Under the pieces are notes generated by a model that was not told the DNA's origin, searched no databases, and saw only the letters and a program-made list of their open reading frames with translations. 64,000 bases of DNA from Squalus acanthias. Its lineage: Eukaryota. The translations under genes and the position numbers were made by a program. The stretch spans positions 620,001 through 684,000 of the forward strand of contig CM059433.1 in assembly GCA_030390025.1 (NCBI GenBank), written 5' to 3'. Below, piece after piece: positions 13,301 to 24,995 of this stretch. How positions within the stretch are numbered: position 1 is the stretch's first letter; every line of letters starts with the position of its first letter.

Positions 13301-14251
13301 ACTCTTCTCTCTCTCAAACTGAATGTAAAATTCAATCATATTATGATCGCTGCTACCTAGGGGCGCCTTCACTATGAGGTCATTAATTAATCCTATCTCG
13401 TTGCACAATACCAGGTCTAGTATAGCCTGCTCTCTGGTTGGCTCCAGAACGTGCTGTTGTAAGAAACTATCCCAAAAACATTCCATGAACTCCTCATCTA
13501 TGCTACCTTTGCCCATCTGATTTTTCCAGTCTATATGCAGATTAAAATCCCCCATGATTATTGCCGTACCCTTCTGACAAGCTCCCATTATTTCTTCCTT
13601 TATACTCCATCCTACCATGTTGTTACTGTTAGGGGGCCTGTAAACCACTCCCACAAGTGACTTCTTGCCTTTATTATTTCTCATCTCTACCCAAACCGCT
13701 TCTACATCCTGGTTTCCTGAACTTAGGTCATCCCTCTCTATTGTGCTAATACCATCATTAATTAACAGAGCCACCCCTCCACCTTTTCCCACCTTCCTGT
13801 CCTTCCTAAATGTCATGTTCCCTTCAATATTCAGGTCCCAATCTATGTCATCCTGCAACCATGTTTCTGTAATGGCTATCAGATCATATTTATTTATTTC
13901 TATTTGCATTATCAGTTCATCTGTTTTGTTTCGAATGCTACGTGCATTCAGATGCAGAGCCTTTAGTTTTGTCCTTTTATTATTTTTGTAACCTCTAGCC
14001 TTATCTGTAGATTTGCTCTTAGATTTGTACTCTCTATCCCTTCCTGTCACGGTCTGTTTATCATTTCCCATATTAATACCTTTCTCTATTGCCTTGTCTC
14101 TAATCTTTGAATTACCACATCTTCCCAAATTTGATCCCATGCCCCCAATATTTAGTTTAAAGCCCTCTCTACCGCCCTGGTTATACAACTCGCCAGAACA
14201 CTGGTCCCAGCACGGTTCAGGTGAAGACCGTCCCAACGATACAGATCCCAC
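10400..14251 (-). pseudogene. CR1 ORF2 (APE endonuclease plus reverse transcriptase), frameshifted and MITE-interrupted
   Basis: ORFs 12875..14251 (NARS, ITETWL, YRPPN, GDFN, SDHN), 12361..12870, 11004..11696 (DFQKAFDKVPH, FADD) and 10555..10896. Confidence 0.9.
11658..12414. mobile_element. MITE (Harbinger-like TIRs), family 2, copy 1
   Basis: TIRs GGGCCAAAAATTCGG / CCGAATTTCTGGCCC. Interrupts CR1 ORF2 between MLEAI and IKDVIAG. Homologous (inverted) to 59235-59906. Flanks aac/aat are an imperfect 3-bp TSD. Confidence 0.85.
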
Positions 14252-15102
14252 TTTCCCCAGTACTGGTGCCAGTGCCCCAGGAGTTGCAACTCATTTCTCC
14301 CACACCAGTCTTTGAGCCATGCATTCATCTCTCTAATTTTATTTACCCTATGCCAATTTGCTCGTGGCTCAGGTAATAGTGCAGACATTATTACCCTTGA
14401 GGTTCTGCTTTTTAATTTAGCCCCTAGCTGCTCATACTCTCTCAGCAGAACCTCTTTCCTAGTTCTACCTATGTCGTTGGTACCTACATGGACCACGACC
14501 ACTGGCTCCTCCCCCTCCCACTGCAAGTTCCTCTCCAGCCCAGAGCAGATGTCCCGAACCCTGGCACTGGGCAGGCAACACAGCCGTCTGGACTCTCGCT
14601 CTTGGCCGCAGAGAACTGTATCTATCCCCCTGACTATGCTGTCCCCAATTACCACTACATTCCTATTAACTTCCCCCACTTAAATGGCTTCCTGTACCTT
14701 GGTGCCATGGTCAGTTTGCTCATCCACCCTGCAGCCACCGCTTTCATCCATACAGGCCGCAAGAACCTCAAACCTGTTGGACAATTGCAAAGGCTGAGGC
14801 TCCTCCACCTCCTGGGTCCCCATACCTGCCTCACTCGCAGTCACATCCTCCTGTCCCTGACCACTGACCAAATCAGAAGACCCTATCCTAAGGGGTATGA
14901 CTGCCTCCTGGAATAAAGTGTCCAGGTAACTTTCCCCCTCCCTGATGCATCGCAGACTCCGCAGCTCGGCCTCCAGCTCATCAACTCTGAGCCGAAGCTC
15001 CTCAAGCCGCAGACACTTACCGCAGACTTGTTCGTCCTGGATCACACTGGCGTCCAGGAGCTCCCACAAACTGCAGTCGCAACACATCACCTGCCCTGCC
15101 AT
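14152..15102 (-). pseudogene. CR1 ORF1 (Cys-rich/leucine-zipper N-terminus plus SGNH/GDSL esterase domain), one in-frame stop at 14680-14682
   Basis: MAGQVMCCDC...CGKCLRLEELRLRVDELE, then esterase blocks GDSIVR, HVGTND and DGLH in the same frame. Confidence 0.85.
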
Positions 15103-18100
15103 CTTTATTGAGTCTTAATTTATTTATTTTTTATTAATTAATAATTAACAAACCCTACTACACCTAATAAGATTTATTACTGCTAGTAAACTAGTACTAA
15201 TGAAACCTTACAATTACTAATAAATTTCCTGGGTTTTAAAAGATAAGGGAAGTGAGCAAAATACTCACCAATCAATCACTTACCCTTTTCCCTGTGATGT
15301 CACCGTTTATTTTTCTCCAGATGAGGTTGGGGGGCGTCACAGAGCTGAACTCCCGCTGGTTCTCTGTCCCCTCTTGTGCAGCTTTTTAGCTCCTGCTCTC
15401 CTGGAAGCTGACAAAGATAGAAAAAGAAAGGAACACCTCCCTCCCCTAACTCCCTAACTCACCAAACTCGCAGCTTAACACTCTGTTCCAATCTGCACTC
15501 AGTGACAAACTGCACTCTAGCCTCCCTTATTTATACTGCTGAGATTTAAATAAGTGAGCTCTCTGGCAGTTACAGAACCAGATTAGACCAGTTAATTAAT
15601 TAATTACTCTCACCTGCTCTCCAGCACAGAGCTTGCTTAGCCCTGCCCAAGCCTGGAAGAAACTTAAAACTTGAAACATTAAATTTAAATTTAAGTTAAA
15701 TGTTAATTGCAAGCACACAAGACTAGATTTTATTAAAAAAAGAGATTAACCTTTAAGATTCACTCCCGAACTCACCAAACTCGCAGCTTAACACTCTGTT
15801 CCGAGCAAGGCTGCGGACCAAGAGCTGGAAAGCGGGATTAGGCTGGATAGCTCTTTTTTGGCTGACTCATACATGATGGCCTGAATGGCCTCCTTCTGTG
15901 CCATAAATTTCTATAATTCCAAGTTAACAGCATTCACTGGATACAGACACTGAAATAATGTTACACTTGAACGTGAGACATTCTTGCTTTCCAGATCATA
16001 AAATCATAGGGGGAGAAATTTGTCCCCTTTGCACCTCCCAAGAGCACCAGCAGACGGCATTAACCATAACATCACATTCATAAATAAAGAATATACTGAA
16101 AGGAATAAGTGCTGCCTCATCTGACAGGAGTAAAGAAGCCTTTTACATATTGCAAATACTGTATCAAACCCCTTCATAATGTTGAACATCTCTATTAAAT
16201 CTCCACATAGCATTCACTGCTTGAAAGTGAACAATCTTTAGAATACAAACTCTTTTTGTGTTGTGGTGCGAGCATTTAGTTTTCTGTTTTCAGGGAAAAG
16301 TAGGAATTTGCAGGCCTCTGCAAAACTATTCCTCTGACATACTCGATCCTTCAATGTGTGATTCTTACTAAATCTAGGACACGACATCAGGGCCAGGGCT
16401 GCAACTGCAATCACAACTCTTCTATTCATAATGTCCCTTTCTGTGTTTTATTAAGTGACCCAGTGAAGTATTCATTACAGCCTTTCAACAGGAAATCTTC
16501 ATTTAATTTTATTCCATTAGGTAATTGTATCAACAGGCAGTGTAATCATTCACTTCAGTCCTATTTTCATACTGTGAAAAATATAAGTCAAAGACTTTTT
16601 TTATTGGCCCAATGTTGTTCAGAATAGCTACTGTTGCTATACTTCACAAAGGGCGAATATTATCTGATTGTGGGTCATCTTTCAGGGTCAGTGCAGTCTG
16701 TGCCGTACATGGCTTAGCTTTATGAACTTGATTTTAATAAAATGTGGTTTATGTACTTCAGATATACATACCTCCACTATGTCCGATTGATGGCGGTCGC
16801 ATCTTGTAGAGCACGCCACTAGAGCATGTATACTCCCGATCCTCACCTTTGCATTTTTCCCGACGTTCTTTGGTTGTTTTTTGTTCTCTTTCCTCTTGTT
16901 GTTAGTGGAGTTTTGTCAGTCTCACTCTCAGTATGCAGTGTTGCTCCTAATGTTTCTACTCATAGCTCTGCTGTTTCCTTTTAATTCCTGCTTTCTGTGG
17001 GGTTTTTCAAACTACAACTCGTTTTTGGCCTGACTCTTGTGTTCATGGATTTTTTTAACTGACAGTCCAGCGATTTATTTACTATCGCTCCCAGTATTTG
17101 TGTTTTAGAGCCACTCCCAGTAGTTTTGTTCTTAACCACATCTCTCCTATTTTGAAGTCCCATTCCCAGTTTTTCTGGCTCTTGTAGTCTTGCTCCCAGT
17201 CTAACCCTTTACTTTACCTCCCACTCCTGATTTTGTTTTTAAATGCTTTGTTCTTTTCAGTCTTCTGGCTTTTTAAAAAAAAGAATTCCACTCACCATTA
17301 AACCTCCCACGACTCCTGTCTCAAATTCTTATATTTACATATGACATTTTTCCCTCTCCTCGCTATGTTTTCACTCACCATTCTCTTTATCGTAATAACC
17401 CAAATTCTCTTTCTCCTACTCAGATCTCATGCCACTAACATACTCACCAGCACCAAATTCTCTGGAACCCCCTAACTTTCCTTCTGAAACTTTTCAACAC
17501 TTCCTGCCACTCGGTTTTTACTGCCCACTCACCATTACAACCTTTATTCCACTTACTGCTAACTGTTTAAGTCAAACTCTTTCCTCTTTTTCCTTCACTA
17601 ATGTTTCATACAACCCCATCCCAACCTACCCCTGTGACCATCACGTGTCCAATTTCATGCTGAGATAGGAAACAACTGAGAAATGTGTGGTAACACAATA
17701 CAGCTTCCTGTGACTTGAACTTTATTACATCACTTCCTGTGATTAGTCCAGGATAAATACTGGGCTGATCAGTTGGATCCTGGAGAGGCATAGAGTAAGA
17801 CCTCTTTTGTATGTAGCACCTTTTTAGTTGATTAAAGCTTACTTTAAGTTCACCACGCGTAAGGCTCATTCTTACGACAAAATGTAACTCATACAAATGT
17901 AAAATTCTGTCAATACTTTTATTGTATCATTTATATACAAAATACTGTATTCAATACTTTGTGCACATTATACAAAAGATATTCTGCAAGCATTTACACA
18001 CATGCATATACATATCCCTCACTCAACCATTACCATCAAGCCAGGGGACCAACCCTGGTTCAATGAGGAGTGTAGAAGAGCATGCCAGGAGCAGCACCAG

Positions 18101-18737
18101 GCGTACCTAAAAATGAGGTGCCAACCTTGGGAAGCTGTAATACAGGACTACATGCATGCTAAAAAGCGGAAGCAGCATGCTATAGACAGGGCTAAGCGAT
18201 CCCACAATCAACGGATCAGATCAAAGCTCTGCAGTCCTGTCACATCCAGTCATGAATGGTGGTGGACCATTAAACAACTAACGGGAGGAGGAGGCTCCAT
18301 GAATTTCCCCATCCTCAATGATGGTGGAGCCCAGCACGTGAGTTCAAAAGACAAGGTTGAAGCGTTTGCAACCATCTTCAGCAGAAGTGACGAGTGGATG
18401 ATCCATATCGGCCTTCTCCTGAGGTCCCAAACATCACAGAAGCCAGTCTTCAGCCAATTTGATTCACTCCACGCGATATCAAGAAACGGCTGAGCGCACT
18501 GGATACAGCAAAGGTTATGGGCCCCGACAACATCCCGGCTATCGTGCTGAAGACTTGTGCTCCAGAACTAGCCACGCCTCTAGCCAAGCTGTTCCAGTAC
18601 AGCTACAACACTGGCATCTATCCGACAATGTGGAAAACTGCTCAGGTATGTCCTGTCCACAAAAAGCAGGACAAATCCAATCCGGCCAATTACCGCCCCA
18701 TCAGTCTAATCTCAATCATCAGCAAAGTGATGGAAGG

Positions 18738-18963
18738 TGACATAAGAAAACTACTAGGCACTTGGTCTAAGCATTAAACAAAGCTTTAATCAACTGTTTT
18801 ATAACATGGAGGTCTAGTTGTGTCCTTCATAGTTCCTGTTAAGAATGTCCTGCGCAAGCTGGGCCCGTGCCCGAGTATTTATACTCTCCCTGGACAGCGC
18901 CACCCGCAGGCCACTCAGTATTATTTCATAAGTCTTTCTTTCATGAATGACAGATTCATGTCA
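18738..18963 (-). repeat. 3' LTR of Gypsy 1
   Basis: Direct repeat of 23011-23237. Confidence 0.95.
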
Positions 18964-21900
18964 TTCTTCCCGCCTGAAGGATTGGAAGTCCGGCGACTTG
19001 CTTCTATCGGATTAATCGGACTACGAATAGCCGCAGTCGTTTGGATCTCCGTTTGTGGCTGGAAGGCACGTCTCCTCGGACCATGTCTTGGTTGCTTGGT
19101 TTGTACCGGCGGGCTGGCAGAGCCCGTGTCGCCTCGATCGACCTGAGGGGGACTGGGGAGATCGTGGCTCCGGGTGCGGGCCCCCACAGGCGCAGAGCTG
19201 GCTTCATCCTGCTCAGTAGCCGGTGATTGACCGGCGTCCTGCCTTCGGGTGGCCATCCCGCGGGGAACGCTCTGTTCCCCGGGTTGATCCGGCGGAGTAG
19301 CTGGCAGATCCCTTGATGTCCCGGGTAGGGCGTCATCCTCGGAGTAGCGTGGAGTATCCGCGTCGTTAATACGGATCTCTCTATCGATTGGGTCCGTGGG
19401 ACCGGTTGGGCAGGGAGCCAGATCCCGAAGTGAAACTGCGGACTCCCGGCCATCAGGGTACCGCATGTACGCGTATGTAGGATTGATATCCGTTAGTTCC
19501 ACCTCGTCGACGAGGGGATCACTCTTGGAGGATCGGACAAATCTTCAGAGCAGCACGGAGCCAGGAGCTGCCAACCATGATGGTAGGGACGTCCCATGAG
19601 TGGAGCGACACTGGAACCTGAAGAATCGTTTGTGAGGAGTAACATTGGTGGATGTAGAAAGAAGAGACCTGATGGAATGCAATGCGTCACGGTGCATAGT
19701 TTCCCACTGCTGGTCTGGTAGATTGCGTGACCTCAGTGCAAGACGAACAGCGTTCCAAATGATAGCGTTGTATCTCTCAACCTGTCCGTTTCCAATAGGA
19801 TGATACGGTGTCATTTTACTTGTGGCGATTCCCCGTTGGGAAAGATAACTTTTGAGTTCGCTTGACATGAAGGAGTGACCCCTATCAGAGTGGATGAAAT
19901 TGGCCGTACCGCAAAGGGAAAAGACCTGATCGATGCATTTGATCACTGTGGAAGTAAGCATATTGGGACAGGGGAAAGCAAAGGGAAAGCGTGAATATTC
20001 GTCCACCATAGTAAGCAAGTAGGTTTTTTGCGTTGAGGAAGGCAATGGCCCTTTAAAGTCAATGCTGAGTCGCTGCATAGGCTGTGTAGCGTGTATGAGC
20101 GAGCCATCCGACGGATGGAAGAATTGCGGTTTTAATTCCGCGCAAATTCTACAAGTGGAGCATGTTCTTTTCACGTCTTCCGTAGAAAATGGGAGATTTT
20201 TAGATCGCACAAAGTGCAACATACGGGTAACGCCAGGATGGCATAAGTCAGGATGAAGATCTGCAAGAGTCGAAGTTGACATGGAAGAGCAGAATGCACG
20301 CGTGAGGGTATCCGGGGCCACATTCTCCTTGCCGGGTCGATACTGTATGGTGTAGCCAAAGGCGGCCAATTCCATCCTTCAGAGCTGTATTTTGTTATTC
20401 TTGATTTTAGTGCATTTCCGGTTATCCAGCATAAAAGCCACCGAGCGCTGATCGGTTATGAGCGTTAAATGGCGACGAGCGAGAAAATGACTCCATTTAC
20501 GTACTGCTTCGATGATAGCCGTAGCCTCCTTCTCGACAGGAGGATAATGGAGCTCACTACCCTGCAAAGTTCTAGACAGAAATGCAACGGGTCGACCGCC
20601 TTGATTCAAGGTAGCCGAGATCGCCACCTCCAATGCATCGCACTCGACCACGAAAGGGAGATTTTCATCGATGGAATGAAGCACGGCTTTTTGCAGTTGT
20701 TGCTTGAAGAGGTCGAAAGCTGAAATAGCCCTTGCCTCCAACGGAAATGACTTCGCGTGAAGCAGGGGCTGGATCTTGTCGGAAAAGTGAAGTATCCACT
20801 TCGCATAATAGGCGAACATGCCGAGGGCCCAACGAAGAGAGCTGAGATTTGTAGGAGGAGGGAGCTCCTGAAGCGGACAAAGTCGCTCTGGATCCAGTTT
20901 GATGACACCATTGCCCACCCAGTAGCCAAGGATGTTGACTGATGGTACTGATTTCACAGATTTGGACTCATTTAAGGTTAAGTTGCGACGATGGAGAACG
21001 TCAAGAAATTTCTGGAGGTTGGCATCATGCTCCTTCTGGTCATGACCAGCAATGGTGATATTATCCAGATATGGAAAAGTGTCCGTTAAGTTCTCCTGTT
21101 TGACTAGGCTATCCATTGCCCATTGAAAGACGGCCACCCCATTGGTGACCCCGAATGGAAGGCGACAAAACTGGTAAAGCCGACCATTGGCTTCAAAGGC
21201 CGTATACTTTTTGTCAGAGTCCTTTAACGTTACTTGATGGTATGCGCTCTTTAAGCCAAAAGTTGAAAATACCTTGTAGTTAGCAAGGTTATTGACCATG
21301 TCATCGATGCGTGGTAGTGGGTAGGCATCCAGGTCGGTATACTGGTTAATAGTTTGCGAGTAATCGATGCAAAGACGTTTCTCGTGTTGCTTCAGAGGAT
21401 TTTTAACAACGACGACTTGAGCCTGCCAGGAAGATGAACATGGCTCAATGATACCATCAGCTAGAAGGTGAGAGATCTCTGCCTCGATAAAGGATAGGTC
21501 ACCTTGGCTGAAACGTCGTGATTTAGTGACTATGGGCTTACATCGGGGGGAAAGATTGGCAAACAAGGAGGGCTCGTCAAGCGAAACCGCCGAAAGTGCA
21601 CAAAACGGTACTTTGGAAATAGTAAGCTCCGGCTTTGATCCTCCAAACTCGAAAGTGAGTCTTTTGTGTTGTTTCTGGAAATCCTGTCCCAGGAGCACAT
21701 CACTGCATAGGTTTTTGAGCACCCCGAGCCGGGTAGAGAAATAAGTGCGGCCATCGAGAATAAGGTCGACAAGACAAAAGCCGGAAGAGTTGGTGGTCAG
21801 TGTCGTCAGAGCCATTGCAATTTCCCTGTCCGAGGGGTAAATACGCAGTTTTAACTTACTGACAGCCTGCTCACTGATGAAGCTGTCAGAGCTGCATGAG

Positions 21901-22910
21901 TCGATTAATGCACTCAAAATGTGTCCATTTACTGAAACCTTCGTGGCTGCATGGGACAGGCTTTGGGGAAAAACAGCTGTGATGGGAGGAGGGGCAGTTT
22001 TATCATTGACAGCTGTAACATTAGTAGTGGCTCTTGGGGGGGGGGCAGTTTTATAGATGACAGCTGTAACATTAGTAGTAGCTCTTGGTGGAGGAGCAGT
22101 TTTATAGGCAGCAGCTGTAACCCTAGAAGAGGCTCTTGACTGACATACTTTCGAGAAGTGGCCTTTCTTACTGCAATGATTGCAGGTTGCATTACGAGCA
22201 GGACAAAATTTCCTATAGTGAAATGCACCTCCACAAAAGAAACACTTCCTTTTAGATTGCCAAGATGCCGCTAGGGTAGGGTCGTCATCAGCTCGGATAG
22301 AGTCGTCATCAGTGAGGGCTTCCGCCTGAGGCTTATCGGAGGAGTCACTAAAAGTGATAGCAGCAGTCTGTGCACGTGGTGAAAGATAGGCATCTGCATT
22401 TTTTTTTGCCAAGTCCAGAGAATATGCCTGGTCATAGGCAGCTTGTAACTCAAGGGTTTTATTCTCGAACATACGCTGGCGTATGAAGGGAGACGCAATT
22501 CCATTAATAAAAGAATCACGAATTAACTCCTCCTGGTACTGCTCAGCTGAGACAGCCTTGAGATTACAATCTTTGCTGAGCCTGCGAAGCTTTTGAAGGA
22601 ATTCGTCAAGTGATACCCCGGGTTGTTGTCGAGTTGTGGCCAGTAGATGCCGAGCAAAAATTTTGTTTGGGGCCTTAACATATAGTTGCTGTAGTATTCG
22701 GAAAGCGGAGTCATAGTTTACACAGTCTTCGATATAGTCAAACACATAAGGGGATACATAATTGGCAAGTATCTCTAACTTATCAGGAACATTCTCACCA
22801 CACACCCTGAGGAAGTTGCTGAAGGTACGATACCAGTGTTTCCATACCTTAGCAGTTGTAGGTGAATTCGGGTCCAGATCGAGACGGGCGGGTCGGAGTA
22901 GTTTCTCCAT
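18921..22910 (-). pseudogene. Gypsy gag-pol, single frame with two in-frame stops (20379-20381, 19545-19547)
   Basis: Two CCHC knuckles, protease ALIDS, RT (RLCIDY, LPFG, YLDN), RNase H (ECDA, EKEA, TDQ), integrase (HPG..CSTC, SIDFKGP, HSDRG, NGQVER). ORFs 20379..22910, 19545..20375 and 18921..19502 share one frame. Confidence 0.92.
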
Positions 22911-23010
22911 GATGGATTGATTACTACGTCTGGTTCCTTTCTACCGTTTGAGTCGTAGCCGTCTGTTCCCAAAACCACTCAGAGCGTGGAGCAGGTCCAG
23001 TTGATTAAAT

Positions 23011-23237
23011 TGACGTAAGAAAACTATTAGGCACTTGGTCTAAGCATTAAACAAAGCTTTAATCAACTGTTTCTCAACATGGAGGTCTAGTTGTGTCCTT
23101 CACTAGTTCCTGTTAAGAATGTCCTGCACAAGCTGGGCCCGTCCCCGAGTATTTATACTCTCCCTGGACAGCGCCACCCGCAGGCCACTCAGTATTATTT
23201 CATAAGTCTTTCTTTCATGAATGACAGATTCATGTCA
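23011..23237 (-). repeat. 5' LTR of Gypsy 1 (TATAAATA at 23157-23150; ATTAAA at 23063-23058)
   Basis: Direct repeat of 18738-18963; motifs read on the minus strand. Confidence 0.95.
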
Positions 23238-24814
23238 TTAGGTGTCATCAACAATGCTATCAAGCGGCACTTACCCACCAATAACCTGCTCACTGATGCC
23301 CAGTTTGGGTTCCGCCAAGACCACTCGGCTCCCGACCTCATTACAGCCTTGGTCCAAACATGGACAAAGGACCTGAATTCCAGAGGTGAGGTGAGAGTGA
23401 CTGCCCTTGACATCAAGGCAGCATTTGACCGAGTGTGGCATCAAGGAGCCCCAGTAAAACTGAAGTCAATGGGAATCGGCGGTGGGGGGGGGGGAAACTC
23501 TCCACTGGCTGGAGTCATACCTAGCACAAAGGAAGATGGTTGTGGTGGTTGAAAGTCAATCATCACAGCCCCAGGATATCGCAGCAGGAGTTCCTTAGGG
23601 CAGTGTCCTAGGCCCAACCATCTTCAGCTGCTTCATCAATGACCTTCCCTCCAACATAAGGTCAGAAATGGGGATGTTCACTGATGACTGCACAGTGTTC
23701 AGCGCCATTCACAACTCCTCAGATAATGAAGCAGTCCATGCCCGCATGCAACAAGTCCTGGACAATGTCCAGGCTTGGGCTGATAAGTGGCAGATAACAT
23801 TCGCGTCACAGAAGTGCCAGACAATGACTCTCTTCAACAAGCGAGAGTCTAACCACCGCCCCTTGACATTTAACGGCATTACCATCGCCAAATCCTCCAC
23901 CATCAACATCCTGGGGGTCACCACTGACCAGAAACTTAACTGGACCAGCCACATAAATACTGTGGCATCAAGAGCAGGTCAGAGGCTGGGTATTCTGCGG
24001 CGAGTGTCTCACCTCCTGACTCCCCAAAGCCTTTCTACCATCTACAAGGCACAAGTAAGGAGTGTGATGGAATACTCTCCACTTGCCTGGATGAGTGCAG
24101 CTCCGACAACACTCAAGAAGCTCGACACCATCCAGGACAAAGCAGCCTGCTTGATTGGCACCCCATCCACCACCTTAAACATTCACTCCCTCCACCACCG
24201 GCGCACCGTGGCTGCAGTGTGTACCATCTACAAGATGCACTGCAGCAACTCGCTAAGGCTTCTTCGGCAGCACCTCCCAAACCCACGACCTCTTCCACCT
24301 AGAAGGACAAGGGCAGCAGGCGCATGGGAACACCATCACCGGCAAGTTCCCCTCCAAGTCACACACCATCCTGACTTAGAAGTATATCGCCGATCCTTCA
24401 TCGTCGCTGGGTCAAAATCCTGGAACTCCCTCCCTAACAGCACTGTGGGAGTACCTTCACCACACAGACCGCAGCGGTTCAAGAAAGCGGCTCACCACCA
24501 CCTTCTCAAGGGCAACTAGGTATGGGCAATAAATGCTGGCTTTGCCAGCGACACCCACATCCCATGAACGAATAATAAAAACATACATTACAGTATAAAT
24601 ACAATATGTCTAAATGCATAATAGATTTTACTATACAATTTTTATATTTCACATTTATTTTTACACTGATTTTGTTTTGTTGAAGCCTCTACAATTGTAT
24701 GAAAACTTTTGATATGCTATTTTATCTGTTTGTAATTGGTAACTTTTTTCTAATTCCTATATTAATATACAATGGCAATATTTTCCATTGTACTATTTAA
24801 AACTCCTGTCATCA

Positions 24815-24995
24815 AGCAACATAACAACAAACGTGCATTTATATAGCCCCTTTAATGTAGTAAATATCTCAAGGTGCTTTACAGGAGTGATTAGCGGACA
24901 AAATTTGACACTGAGCCACAAAAGCTTGGTCAAAGAGGTAGGTTTTAAGGAGCATCTTAATGGAGGAGAGAGGGTTGGAGAGGTTTAGGGAGATA
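24815..24995 (-). mobile_element. L2-type LINE/SINE 3' fragment
   Basis: Reverse complement of the 3' end seen at 52060-52240 and 41430-41730. Confidence 0.6.

Larger units (their letters stand above)
10330..15805 (-). mobile_element. Near full-length CR1 LINE (copy C): 5' UTR, ORF1, ORF2
   Basis: ORF1 15102-14152, ORF2 from about 14251 to about 10400, tail near 10330. The 5' UTR contains a repeated block (aactcaccaaactcgcagcttaacactctgttcc at about 15456 and about 15769). Confidence 0.9.
3330..15920 (+). mobile_element. Decayed CR1 LINE (copy A) split into four pieces (about 3330-4327, 6327-7523, 9976-10329, 15806-15920) by later insertions
   Basis: Endonuclease fragments (AITETWL, LDLVL, SDHN) at 3463-4055 and RT motifs (YMDFSKA.DKVPH, PQGSVLG, FADD) at 6587-7460. 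The sequence resumes colinearly after each insert, e.g. gatgtgATTG...ATTGcactagagagg. The 3' UTR and tail are at 15806-15920. Confidence 0.8.
18738..23237 (-). mobile_element. Ty3/Gypsy LTR retrotransposon 1, complete structure
   Basis: Direct LTRs 18738-18963 and 23011-23237 (TG...CA; about 7 substitutions and 1 indel counted by eye). Polypurine tract AGGCGGGAAGAA next to the 3' LTR. Domain order gag-PR-RT-RH-IN. Confidence 0.95.
18005..24581 (+). mobile_element. 5'-truncated non-LTR retrotransposon of a second family (CR1/L2 group), interrupted by a Gypsy element
   Basis: ORF pieces 18002-18777 (GPDNIP, NYRPISL) resume at 23240 (QFGFR, DIKAAFDRVWH, FTDD). 3' end is gggcaataaatgctggc...gaataataaaa. 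Confidence 0.85.

Noticed and set aside
14152..14679. Captured host lipase/esterase gene
   Set aside because: An SGNH esterase is an established CR1 ORF1 domain and recurs in the other two CR1 ORF1 copies here.
18921..19502. Separate env-like or accessory ORF in Gypsy 1
   Set aside because: It is in frame with the integrase after a point stop and has no signal or transmembrane segment, so it is the pol C-terminus.
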